Assembly: GCA_905331295.1 (NCBI GenBank)
Contig: CAJNYD010000369.1
Location: 1 to 64,000 of the forward strand
Reading direction: 5' to 3'
Length of the DNA stretch: 64,000 nucleotides
Origin: Rotaria socialis
Lineage: Eukaryota
A model generated the notes under the pieces. It saw nothing but the letters and a program-made list of their open reading frames with translations, had not been told where the DNA came from and did no database searches. The position numbers and the translations under genes are program-made. Positions 11,355 through 21,850 of this stretch are shown here, piece after piece (the first letter of the stretch is position 1; the number at the start of each line of letters is the position of its first letter).

Positions 11355-14234
11355 TTATATAGTTGTTTTTGCTTCAAGCAGTTTGTTCAATTTCTTGACT
11401 AATTTGCCCAAAACGACTATAGTACTATTGAGGTCAATAGGCTTTAACTTTTTTGTATTGAGCACGGCTTTGGTGCTTGGTGCTTTGACTGATGACGTCG
11501 ATGACTGCTTATGAGAATGCTGCTTTCCATAATTATATTGATCAAAGGCTATTGGCTGTTCAATGGTGCAAGGACATATGTGTGAATATGTTACGCATGC
11601 TTGCTGACGCGCGTTTATTGATGCACTTGAGAAAATATCCCACGAAGCACCAAGAAACTGTTCTATATATCGACATTTTAATTCTCGATAGATGTAATGA
11701 AACACATTTGTCTTCACATCTTCCTCTGGAATGAAACGATCTGGTTTCTTCTTGTTTCGGTCGTTCTTGAACAGCCATCGAAAGGCATTCATGTACCGTT
11801 GAGCATTTCTCTTCTTTCTCTTAATACGCTCTTCAAAATTCGAACTACTATTACCGATGGCGAAATCTAATATATTATACACATTGCTGACATTCAATTT
11901 TAACGAAAAGGAACGCCAAGGAATGAATCGTTCAAAAGGCAGCACAATTCCATCTGACAAGATCAGAGGAATAGATCCCAGATTGATGGCTTCATAAATA
12001 CGAGGAGTCCAAGGACTATAACCTTCAGGGCAAAGTAAGAATACGCTTGACACAATTGACTCTAAATATTCTTGCATAGGAACGTGACCATCCACGACAG
12101 TGATTGGATGGAATTCTTTCTTTTCAATTCTGATCAAACTGGAGAGATTTTTGGTAAATGCAAATAACAGACGCCTAGCTGATTTCGACGAGAGCGAATG
12201 ATTAAAGATACCAGCAAAGTACAGTAGTCGTTTTTTCATCTGGTACCAGTCATTTGACGTATTGATTTCTATGATTTCTGTCGGTGTAAAAGGTGGAGCT
12301 ACAATATCATAACCATGTCGATAGACAATCGATAAGTTACGATGTAAATACAGTTCTGGTGCATTTTGCGATAACAGATCTTGTCGGACTCCAGTGGGCC
12401 CTAGCTGGATTACATTTTTGAGTAGATCTTGAAGTCGATTATCGAGAACGCCCATATTTCTACCTCCAACGAATGCAATAAGATGATTAGATCCTGGTTT
12501 ATCTGTCATAGTCCAGTAAGGAAATTCATAGCGTATTCTGTCAATTATTGGCTCAAAATAATGATTGCTATAGTGAGAAACGTGCGCCTTGAATTGCTCA
12601 TCAGTAAAATTAACAAATAGCTGATGAAAGAATATAAAGCAGTACAAGTCGTGAGGAATCAGAAAATAGTCCGCCAAGAGAGGATTGCCCACGTAGCTAG
12701 ACTGGTTAAAGTAAACTTGGATGATATGTTCTGAAGAGTACATTTCATTGCCATACAGATTGTGTGAACAATTAGCCTTGATATGATGATTGCGATATCG
12801 TTCAGGCACTAGACTTTCCTTGTTATACATCCATATTCGTAGCGGGCGAGACAGAAAGTTTTGCATTTTCACACGATGCCGCAATGAGTCAATTTCACTC
12901 ACCCAAAACAGAGCGCCTTCAATGTCCAACGAGAGCATTGCGTGTTGCCCACGTAGATCCCCACAAAATTCTTCGGTTAATTGCTCGTGAAATGTTTTAA
13001 TATCATTACTGTACTCGCGGTATTCTTCTTGTTGTTTTTCATTCCATGTCTGCATAATTGAGGGATATCGTTCGAAAAAAGTAAAATCTCCACGATGACA
13101 CCAGAATGTTTGAAACTTATACTCACTATTTTGCTGTTCAGGAAGCTTTGGAAAACCACTCAAATGTTCATAGAGAAGTTCAGAGGCATGCAGCTTATGC
13201 CGCCATTGGTAAAAGTGTTCTTGCATATAAGATGGTGTAGCGTTTGGTGGAAAGCTAATGTGCAGTTTTAATGACTCCGTATCGTTCAGAACCAATCCGC
13301 CCAATTCGTAAGAATCATCTTTGATCGCTGCTATTAACCTCGTATAGTCGGATTCATTTAATTTTTTATCATTTACTACATGAACAAAGTATGTGGGAGG
13401 CACAGGGCTAAAATTCGATATTTTGTTGCTTTGAAATAAACACAAGTCGAAGGTCATTGTATAACAAAATTTAAAGTGAAACCAAGAAGAAAATGTTGAA
13501 TCTACTATAAGACGCGTTTGTAAGTCTCTGTCTAGTACTGATCGTATCGTCATGCCTTCAAAGTAGCCGGGATATATGTACAAAATTTGCGCCCGGACAG
13601 GAAGAACACGACAGAGCAAGCCAGCAAAGTGGGAGCCACGGCTAACTCCATAGAGATATAACAGTGGATACTGTTCATATTTCGCATAGTACACATCATT
13701 CATCCACACCTGAAGTGATTTATATATCCACTTGACATCCTGATTCTCTTCTATTGGAATATTATGATCGAAAGTAGATCGAGCTGAGCAAACAGAAAGT
13801 ATAGAATAATTCGAGGAACGAATGGCAGATAAAATACGACGGCCAACAGAAAATGTCCACCAATCAATGCATTTTCGTTTGTGGCCACCCAGAAGAAGGA
13901 TAAGACGATGAGAAGAATCCTTTTTCAACAACTGATAACGAAACTCATAATGATAAGAGGAATTTGGGCTAAGTGTGTAATATTTAACTTGCGTATGTAT
14001 TAGCCAATGAGACTGATTAGAAGCTTCAAGTATAGTTGGTATTGTCTGGACGTCAACTTTTGTATGTATTAGCGAATGAGATTGATTAGAAGCTTCAAGT
14101 ATATTTGACATTGTTTGGACGTCAACTTCTGTATGTGCCAGCTGAAAAAATAGCCAGCTGGTGAAGAGTGCATGGACGCATAAAAGTATGAAAAGTATAC
14201 GAAGGGTGAAACGGCATAAGAAGTATCTTTTCAT
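11355..14234 (-). CDS. Intronless type II membrane protein: alpha/beta-hydrolase-like domain fused to GT47 glycosyltransferase, copy B (959 aa)
   Basis: N-terminal TM (ILFILLCVHALFTSWLFF); YGVSRG elbow (13635-13649); PPTYFVHVVND; GT47 motifs PLRIWMY, ADYFLIP, LLYFAG, SVFLLCPEGYSPWTPRIYEAINLGSIPLILSDGIVLPF; colinear with copy A along its whole length. Confidence 0.9.
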   Translation of the reverse strand: MKRYFLCRFTLRILFILLCVHALFTSWLFFQLAHTEVDVQTMSNILEASNQSHSLIHTKVDVQTIPTILEASNQSHWLIHTQVKYYTLSPNSSYHYEFRYQLLKKDSSHRLILLLGGHKRKCIDWWTFSVGRRILSAIRSSNYSILSVCSARSTFDHNIPIEENQDVKWIYKSLQVWMNDVYYAKYEQYPLLYLYGVSRGSHFAGLLCRVLPVRAQILYIYPGYFEGMTIRSVLDRDLQTRLIVDSTFSSWFHFKFCYTMTFDLCLFQSNKISNFSPVPPTYFVHVVNDKKLNESDYTRLIAAIKDDSYELGGLVLNDTESLKLHISFPPNATPSYMQEHFYQWRHKLHASELLYEHLSGFPKLPEQQNSEYKFQTFWCHRGDFTFFERYPSIMQTWNEKQQEEYREYSNDIKTFHEQLTEEFCGDLRGQHAMLSLDIEGALFWVSEIDSLRHRVKMQNFLSRPLRIWMYNKESLVPERYRNHHIKANCSHNLYGNEMYSSEHIIQVYFNQSSYVGNPLLADYFLIPHDLYCFIFFHQLFVNFTDEQFKAHVSHYSNHYFEPIIDRIRYEFPYWTMTDKPGSNHLIAFVGGRNMGVLDNRLQDLLKNVIQLGPTGVRQDLLSQNAPELYLHRNLSIVYRHGYDIVAPPFTPTEIIEINTSNDWYQMKKRLLYFAGIFNHSLSSKSARRLLFAFTKNLSSLIRIEKKEFHPITVVDGHVPMQEYLESIVSSVFLLCPEGYSPWTPRIYEAINLGSIPLILSDGIVLPFERFIPWRSFSLKLNVSNVYNILDFAIGNSSSNFEERIKRKKRNAQRYMNAFRWLFKNDRNKKKPDRFIPEEDVKTNVFHYIYRELKCRYIEQFLGASWDIFSSASINARQQACVTYSHICPCTIEQPIAFDQYNYGKQHSHKQSSTSSVKAPSTKAVLNTKKLKPIDLNSTIVVLGKLVKKLNKLLEAKTTI
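13993..14135 (-). repeat. In-frame 69-bp (23-aa) tandem duplication in the stem of GT47 copy B
   Basis: HTEVDVQTMSNILEASNQSHSLI followed by HTKVDVQTIPTILEASNQSHWLI. Confidence 0.9.
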
Positions 14235-14360
14235 CTAGCGACTGTAAAATGTATTTTCACCGTAATCTGTTTGATGTAGTGTTGGAGTTATCACTATTTC
14301 ATAATATGGTTATATGAAAGACGAAGAAAAAAAATCAAGCGATCATTCCTCATGTTCACA

Positions 14361-14584
14361 CCCAGTCAGACAAGATTTTTTAAAAAACGGTGTTTTAACG
14401 CGTAAAAAGCGTACATTTTAACGTTTCATGAAATTTGAATTTTTTTCGGAAAATAAAAGAAGCTTGTGAATAGCAACACTGAGAAAATCATTTGATTCGA
14501 AACAAAACAAAGCGTTTTAACGGATCAAAATGTGGGCTTTTACACGCAAAAAACATCGTTGTTTTCAAACCTTGTCTGACTGGG
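14361..14584. mobile_element. MITE with 14-bp perfect TIR CCCAGTCAGACAAG
   Basis: cccagtcagacaag ... cttgtctgactggg, flanked ca/ta; a partial second copy starts at 21090. Confidence 0.8.
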
Positions 14585-14905
14585 TAGTGATAAGACGTAT
14601 ATTTTCTCTTTGCACTTCAAGTACATATACGTTTTGTATATGTGCACGTGTTGAGTCGCCTGAAAAATTATTTATTTATTATATTATTTTAATATAATAT
14701 AATATAATTTGTACTAAAAAGTAGGATAATGAGTTATGAAACATATGGAAACGTGCCTGCAATGCAAAAAGATCTTATCTGTGAAGGATTTGATATACAA
14801 CAGAGAATACAACAACATAATGATAATGAAAAAAACACGGCATCATCATAAACTCCAAAACATCATACTACAAATCACAGTCAAATTAATGATGATCAAT
14901 ATCCA

Positions 14906-15253
14906 CCCAAGTGAATGAATCCTATATCGGATCCAACCAGTCTATAAAATCCGATGGGATTTCGGGTCACAGAACCACTAACGGATCCGGCGGGGAAAAG
15001 CATTTAATTAATTGATCGCTAATTAGTGCCTTAAGCCAACATTAGAGGGTAGTCCGAGTCGAGTGTTGGATCCGTCACAATCCAACAGTAAAATCCGATG
15101 ATTATATAATGTTATTCCGACACTAGGGATCTGAATGTCATTCTACAACCCGGAATCCGATAGGAATTCGCTGGTTTATTGGAAATTTATATAAAATCCG
15201 ATCGGAATCCTAAGGATCTTATTGTGTCCGATTGTCGGAATGATTCTCCTGGG
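14906..15253. mobile_element. MITE with CCCA.G...CCTGGG termini and internal atccga/tcggat repeats
   Basis: cccaagtgaatgaatcc ... ggaatgattctcctggg. Confidence 0.65.
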
Positions 15254-15516
15254 TGCAGATGAATATCCAGATGATGACATAGAATTTCAACAAATAAATT
15301 ATAACAGGCAAAGAAAAAAGCGAATTAATAAGGAAAATGACCAATGAATTCATGCCCGGACGATAATTAATTCAAATATTAATAATAATAGGAGCATACA
15401 AACAACAACAACAACAACAACAACAAATAATAATATTATTAAGGATAACCCAATCCAAGTATCTAAGCAAGCATTATATTTTGCATCTGGGTATCACCAT
15501 CAACCGATTACAATTG

Positions 15517-17107
15517 GTTTAGTGGAATCTCGACACAGGAATTTCTAAAATGTCCAATTTCCAGTGGAATTTCGTCAAAATGTCCAATTGTACCGGAAAT
15601 TTGACAAAACTGTCGATTTTCCGAATTTGTCGAAATTCTTCACGAATTAGGACAATATCAATTTTTGCTGATGATTTTATTGTCCAATATCCGATGGAAA
15701 TCGGACAATATACATCATTGCTGGAATTAATATGTTTGTTTGAAATACACATTACTTCATTTGTCAGTGAATAAAAAGCTAAGAAGTACAATGTAATGAA
15801 ATTGAAAGAAAGAAACAGAATTTTAGATAGGATATATTCTTAACCTATGACGTACATTTTCCGAACAAGCGAGTGGGTGTGGGTGTAAACTAAGTTAAAA
15901 TGTGTCGCATGTGTCGTGATTTACGACACAAAGTACGACTAATTAGAGTCCTACGCGAGGTGCTCGTTGCGACACATTTTGTCCAGCAAGAACACGACAC
16001 ATTCCTGTACGATACATTCGACACATTCTGAAACGTGTTTCAAACCTATCATGTAGCGAATTTTTAATTTTTTTTCTTTTATAAGCATATTATTGTATCT
16101 TTTTAATTTAATTTCCCTCACATATCCATTTTTTTGGAACTCAAGGAGATCAGATCGTTGGATTTGCTGGCGTTTAGTTAGTCTGATCTCTATCAGACCA
16201 CTCCAGAGTAGGCCTTCCCGATCACAGATCAAGGAACACATTTTCTCGACTCAAAATATTAGTCGAAAAATAGTCTTGAAAAAAAGATTAAATAAAAGGG
16301 TGTGGTGTCGGATGTCGGGTTGCGTGTGTGTTTGACTCTTTGTTACTACATCCGCACCCACATTCACACTATCATGTTAAGAATATCTCCTATCTAAAAT
16401 TCTGTTTCTTTCTTTCAATTTCTCATGCTCGACTTGTTTATATACCAATCATATACATTGTTTTTTTGCTGTTTTTTTCGCGCTTCTAATAATAAAAAAG
16501 AAAAAATTTTTCATGTGAAACTTTGTATCATTACATAGTACTTTTTAGCTTTCTATTCACTGACAAATGAGTGAATGTATATTTCAACCAAACATTAATT
16601 TCAGCTATACTGGAAAAAAAATAGCACCACACGGAACCATTTTTGAATTTTTTTTGAGACCTTAAACAGGTTTCGTAAAACCCCAAGATAGTCTCGAAAC
16701 GATTATCAATAGTCCAGGAAACGTTTTCGAAGGTTTTGTGGAAAACCTACGAAACCATTTTAAAGTTCAGTGAGAAAATTCGAAATCTTTTATGAGTTTC
16801 GCACTGAGGACGAAAATTTTTTGGTTCCGTGTGGTGCTATTTGCTTTTCAGTGGATGATGTATATTGTCCAATTTCCATCGGATATTGGACAATAAAATA
16901 ACCAGCAAAAATGTACGTTGTTCAAATTCCATCAGATATTAGACAATAAAATCAGCAGCAAAAATTGATATTGTCGTAATTCCTGAAGAATTTCGACAAT
17001 TTTGTCCAATTTCCGGTGCAATCGGCCATTTGTTCAAATTCTAGTGGAGATTGGACATTGTCGAAATTCCGATGTCGAGATTCTAGTTGCCCAAGTTCCA
17101 TTTTCCC
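15517..17107. mobile_element. Mutator-like foldback non-autonomous element with long TIRs and a 9-bp TSD
   Basis: TSD ttacaattg at 15508-15516 and 17108-17116. About 15525-15850 is inverted at about 16375-16605 plus 16855-17088 (e.g. gaaattgaaagaaagaaacagaattttagatagg / cctatctaaaattctgtttctttctttcaatttc). Confidence 0.75.
16608..16853. mobile_element. MITE nested in the right TIR of the Mutator-like element
   Basis: TIR actg.aaa..aaatagcaccacacggaacc / ggttccgtgtggtgctattt..ttttcagtg; removing it restores the host TIR. Confidence 0.75.
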
Positions 17108-17688
17108 TTACAATTGAATGTGATCCAAAATTAAAAGATCAACGTGAAAGATAGGGTTGCACCAATTCCAATTCCAATTCTAGGGTTGGAATTGAAATTG
17201 GAATTGGCTATAAATGAGTATAAAATTAACTGAAATTGATGGCAGGCCTCGAAATGGGGCCACTTTTTGATGGCCCGCCCAGTCCGAAAAGAATTTTAAT
17301 TTCGTGCTAGGCCGGCCCGCCCAGCCCGTCGGGGCATTTTTAAGGGTCCACCCGGTCCGGCCCGACTTATTTGACAAGTGCAAAGAAACTTCTTGCTATT
17401 AAAATTTATTTGACAAAATATAAGGTTAGTTTAGACTTCAAAGCGCTAAAAATTTATGAAAATGCATTGATGATATGTGTTTAAGTAAAATTAATATCAG
17501 AATAACATGTGACTAGGGATGACCCTTTATCTTTATTTTCCTTTATACTAAAGGATAAAGATAAGTGAATCATTTATCTTTATTAAATAAAGCAAAAATA
17601 AAGGAATAAATGGGTTGGTTACCATTTCCCACGAATTGAAATCCACAGATACATCTATACATCATATCCACACTTGTGGTAAATAAAA

Positions 17689-18100
17689 GCATGTTAGCGC
17701 AGCCCCTTTGGGGCTAAAATGTGGAACTCACATATATCCCTTCGGCTTACTAAAATAATTCAAAATAGTTCATTTGAAAAATCTATCCTGGTTTCCAAAA
17801 CCTATAATTAGGTCATTGCCTATTTTCTTATGTCTGTAATCGAGTATTAATTGTTAGCTAGTATATTTAACAATGGCAGATACTAGTTACTATGGTCTGC
17901 AATGGGTAAGTATAGCTTTTTCGTGTAATCTGTAACTAAACAGGGAAGAAATAGCAGCCTAATTAGTGAAGCTCCTAATTAGCATAATTTAGAACTAATT
18001 AATGTCTGTAATGGGGAGGGGGAGGTGGGGAGCCGCAAAAATCTCGCTTTTAAACTTACACTCACCATTTTCTTCGAAAATATATGTAAGTTCCACAAAG
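17689..18100 (-). mobile_element. Helentron-type non-autonomous element (HINE/DINE-like)
   Basis: Subterminal inverted repeats tgtggaactcacatatat (17720-17737) / atatatgtaagttccaca (18080-18097); terminal hairpin agcccc-ttt-ggggct (17701-17715); inserted next to an A/T run with no TSD; removing it restores the host TIR. Confidence 0.7.
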
Positions 18101-19072
18101 CACATATGACCCATTCTGGTGACCAAATAGGGATTTTTATTTAGGGATTTTTCAATTTAGGGATTGCTTTATACTATATCCTGTTCAAGTCACAACCGAA
18201 CAGGGTCCCAGTTAGGAGTTCATCAGTGCCAGTATACTGGGTGCTGGTAAAACTGGTGACCAGAATCAACTCTCCGAATGTCTGATAAGCAGAATTACGT
18301 TTCGAAATGATTCTAATGAAAGTTGAGTATGTATGATTCTGGTGACCAATATTCACTGGATAAGTAGACTAGTATAATACTGATTCTGGTGCATCCCTAG
18401 TCTCAGAATTCATATCATTCTGTACTTATGTTTCATATTACCCTTAACTGAAGACCTTTTTTATCATTAGTTTTGCAACCGAGATCTCATGCAAATATAA
18501 CGCATACTGACACCAGATTCAAAACATAATACATATATTCAGTATCTTATGCTTTTTTTGTCATCGTATCTTGTTAATGTGTCTAGTCATTGTAATCTAT
18601 TTAGAAATAAAATCTGATATTCTCCTTTAAAATGGAATATTGACAAGAATATTGATCCAATCTACTCGAGATAAAGCAGTGTGACAAAAATAAGCAAATC
18701 CTTCGCCGTGAAAGCACAGTTAATTTTAAATATGCGCTCTACGGCTATGTCTTGATCTTATTCTCGCGGTTAGACACAAAAATTTTATCATGAGATTGAG
18801 ATAAAAGTATATTGCTTGTCTGGAAAGTTCAACGAAACTTTTATTTACAATATCCACATTTGAAAGTTTACTCAACATTTAAAACAAAGACTGATCATAG
18901 AACTACCAAAAAATTGCAGCACAAAGAAAGAAAGAAACTCATACTATGAAAAAAAAAGTTTTTTAACGTAGAAAAAACAAAGTCATTAATTTCATATAAC
19001 AAAAAGTATCATAAAAAGCAAAATATCAAAACAACATAGAGAAATAAAAAATTAACAAAGTCTATATGTATA

Positions 19073-19940
19073 TTCTGGTGACTAGAATTAGTTCTAAGAG
19101 TTTCTGATAAGGAAAATGACGTTTCGAATTGATTCTAATAAAAATTCAATATGCTCGATTCTGGTAACTAGAATCAACTCTCCGTGTTTCTGATAAGCAA
19201 AATTACTTTTTGAAATGATTCTAATGAAAATTGAACAGTTGAGATTCTGGTAACCAGAATCAGCTCTACGAGTTTCTGATAAACAGAATTCTTTTTCGAA
19301 GTGATTCTAATGAAAATTGAATAGGTATGATTCTGGTAACTACAATCAGCTCTAAGAGTATATGTGGGTAAATATAGAAAAGGAATATAAGACGATTCTG
19401 GTGACTAGAATGTACTTATCTATACTATGGTTATAGCGCCAAAGTATTTAGTTTCAATGGTAAAAGATTTTCGGTAGAAGATGGTGTTGAATTATGATTC
19501 ATAAGCCATGTCATATATTTAAAAAAAATCCCTAAATCGAAAATCCCTATCTGGTCACCAGAATGGGTCATATTTGTTTTATTTACCACAAGTGTGGATA
19601 TGATGTATAGATGTATCTGTGGATTTCAATTTGTGATAAATGATAGTCATTCGATTCTGATGAAGACTGAATATGTATGATTTTGGGAACCAGAATCAGC
19701 TCTTAGAGTTTCTCATTAACAAAATTACTTTTCGAGTTGATTCTGATGGATACTGAATATGTATGATTGTGGTAACTAGAATTAGCTCTTAGAGTTTCTC
19801 ATGAAAAGAATTACTTTTCGAAATGATTCTGATTCTGATTCTGATGCATACTGAATATGTATGATTCTGGTAACGAGAATCAGCTCTTAGAGTTTCTCAT
19901 GAAATGAATTACTTTTTGAAATGATTCTAATCACCAGAAT
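19073..19940 (+). repeat. 86-bp tandem satellite with palindromic core GATTCTGGTNACCAGAATC
   Basis: Units start near 19073, 19159, 19245, 19331 and 19681, 19767, 19865; a further unit lies near 18253-18350. Confidence 0.8.
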
Positions 19941-21850
19941 AAAAATCAAATATTTGGTCGACGGTTTCCGAATGATTCCAAAAGAAAAAACTGAAAGACG
20001 AGTATACGAGTAGATCCGGTTAATTGGTGTTCGATTATTTCATATTATGTACGCTGATCTAGCGCAGTTTGTTTTCGAAACATATCCTGTTCATGTACTT
20101 GAATTTATCAAGGTACAATCTTTACTAAAAAGATGTGGTACCTTTTTATGACTCTTAAAAATCAAGAATCAGCTGAAATTAATATTAGAAAGTCAATCAA
20201 GAAATAGTACGTACAAGGGCAAATACTTACATAGAAAGAAACATATAATTAGTGTGCCAAACTATACTTTGATTATCTTAGAAATAGTTATGACTAGAAG
20301 CTTTATTTTTCTAGTACTCGTACTCAACACGCAGTCATACGTCTATGCTGTTCTAGTGTTCCGACTATTTTCTATAAATTAATGTTATTCTTAGACGATT
20401 GTGAAGCAAATTTATCATAACAAATGATTTTCTGGTCCGCAGAATGGACAAAACACATGCAATCTTCGAATTCATTCTATAGACTAAACAAACTTTCATT
20501 CCAACAGAAACGAATTTTTTCTTTAGAATACTTTTTTTCTTATGTCCCACATAAACAATATGTAGTGTCTTCCGTCAACATATAAACTATAGTAGAAAAA
20601 GAAACAGAAAAATGAATTTCAGAGGTATATATGATTAAATATAGAAAAGGAATAGAAGACGATTCTGGTAACCAGAACGTACTTAGCTATACTATGGTTA
20701 GCGCCAAAGTATCTAGTTTCAATGTTAAAAGATTTTCGGCAGAAAATGGTGTTGAATTATGATCTATAAGCCGTGTCATATATTAAAAGAAATCCCTAAA
20801 TTGAAAAATCCCTATTTGGTCACCAGAATGGTCATATCTGTTTTATTCTCTATAAGTGTGGATATGATGTAGCGATGTATCTGGGGATATGAAGTTGTGG
20901 TAAATGATAGTCATTCCGTTTCACATGTCTGTATAAATCTTATATTTTTGTACCTTTAGTTCAATATCAAACAAATAATGTAAGTATAAAAATATTTTAT
21001 AAATAGCTATTTCTTTTTTTTCTATTTAGATTCGTCGAAATTATACGTGGGAAAGAGCTATGAAGATCGATTTCTGACATATGGGACAACCCAGTCAGAC
21101 AAGCGCCTTTAAAAAACGAGTTACAGCGAATACATATTTTGACGCTTTCATGTTGTAAGACGTTAAAACATCTTAAATTTCTTAAAAACGCCGTATTTAT
21201 GATTTCATGCATTTTGCATCTACATCTCCTAATAGAATTTCTTACGACCCACACCCTGTACACCTCTCCAGGCAAATATGTGCTATTTTTAACACATGTA
21301 CTTATAAAGATTTAAAAAATTGATCAACAATTTTATAAAAGTACTAGAAATATATACGTTATAGATTTCTAGAAAAATAAGAAATATGGTAGAAAATTTT
21401 TGAAAAAATGGAGCAAAACGTTTTTAAATCTTTTTCAAAATCTTTTTGAGGAAGTATATTTCTAAAGCAAATTTTTCCTAATTTATTTAAATATTTAAAA
21501 AAAGAATTTTTATTTCCAAAGAAATAATTTTTTAAATGCAAACTATTTGAATTTTTTTCATGAAAATTAAAAATGTAATAACAATTGTTCCGCTTAACTT
21601 TATATCATCTTCAGTTTCCTATAAAATTTCGTTTGATTTAAGTAGCATTTCTTACTTCATATTGATATCATACGACTGACCGAATGGATAACATTTTGGG
21701 CTATCAACCAATTCATCTCATGATCGAGTCAAGGACAACGCAGTAAGTTCCAAAACCTTAATTTTAATCTGGTAGATATAAGTAATAAACCCTTTGGAAG
21801 GGTTTATGAAAGTGCAACGTATCATAAACACTTTAAGGGTATATGAAAGG

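Larger units (their letters stand above)
14729..17152 (+). pseudogene. Disrupted N/Q-rich ORF, possibly a retroelement ORF1 remnant, split by nested insertions
   Basis: MSYETYGNVPAMQK...DDQYP [MITE] DEYPDDDIEFQQINYNRQRKKR...QVSKQALYFASGYHHQPITI [insertion] ECDPKLKDQRE. The frame rejoins when the TSD-bounded insertion is removed; it contains in-frame stops. Confidence 0.35.
17614..20916. mobile_element. Large TIR element with a duplicated right end and an internal 86-bp palindromic satellite
   Basis: The left arm (17621-17688 plus 18101-18165) is the inverse of 19525-19652 and of 20790-20916; 19369-19652 is directly repeated at 20636-20916. Confidence 0.65.

Noticed and set aside
19073..19940. 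Regularly spaced palindromic repeats resembling a CRISPR array
   Set aside because: The spacers are homologous to each other, the context is eukaryotic and no cas genes are present; it is a satellite inside a TIR element.
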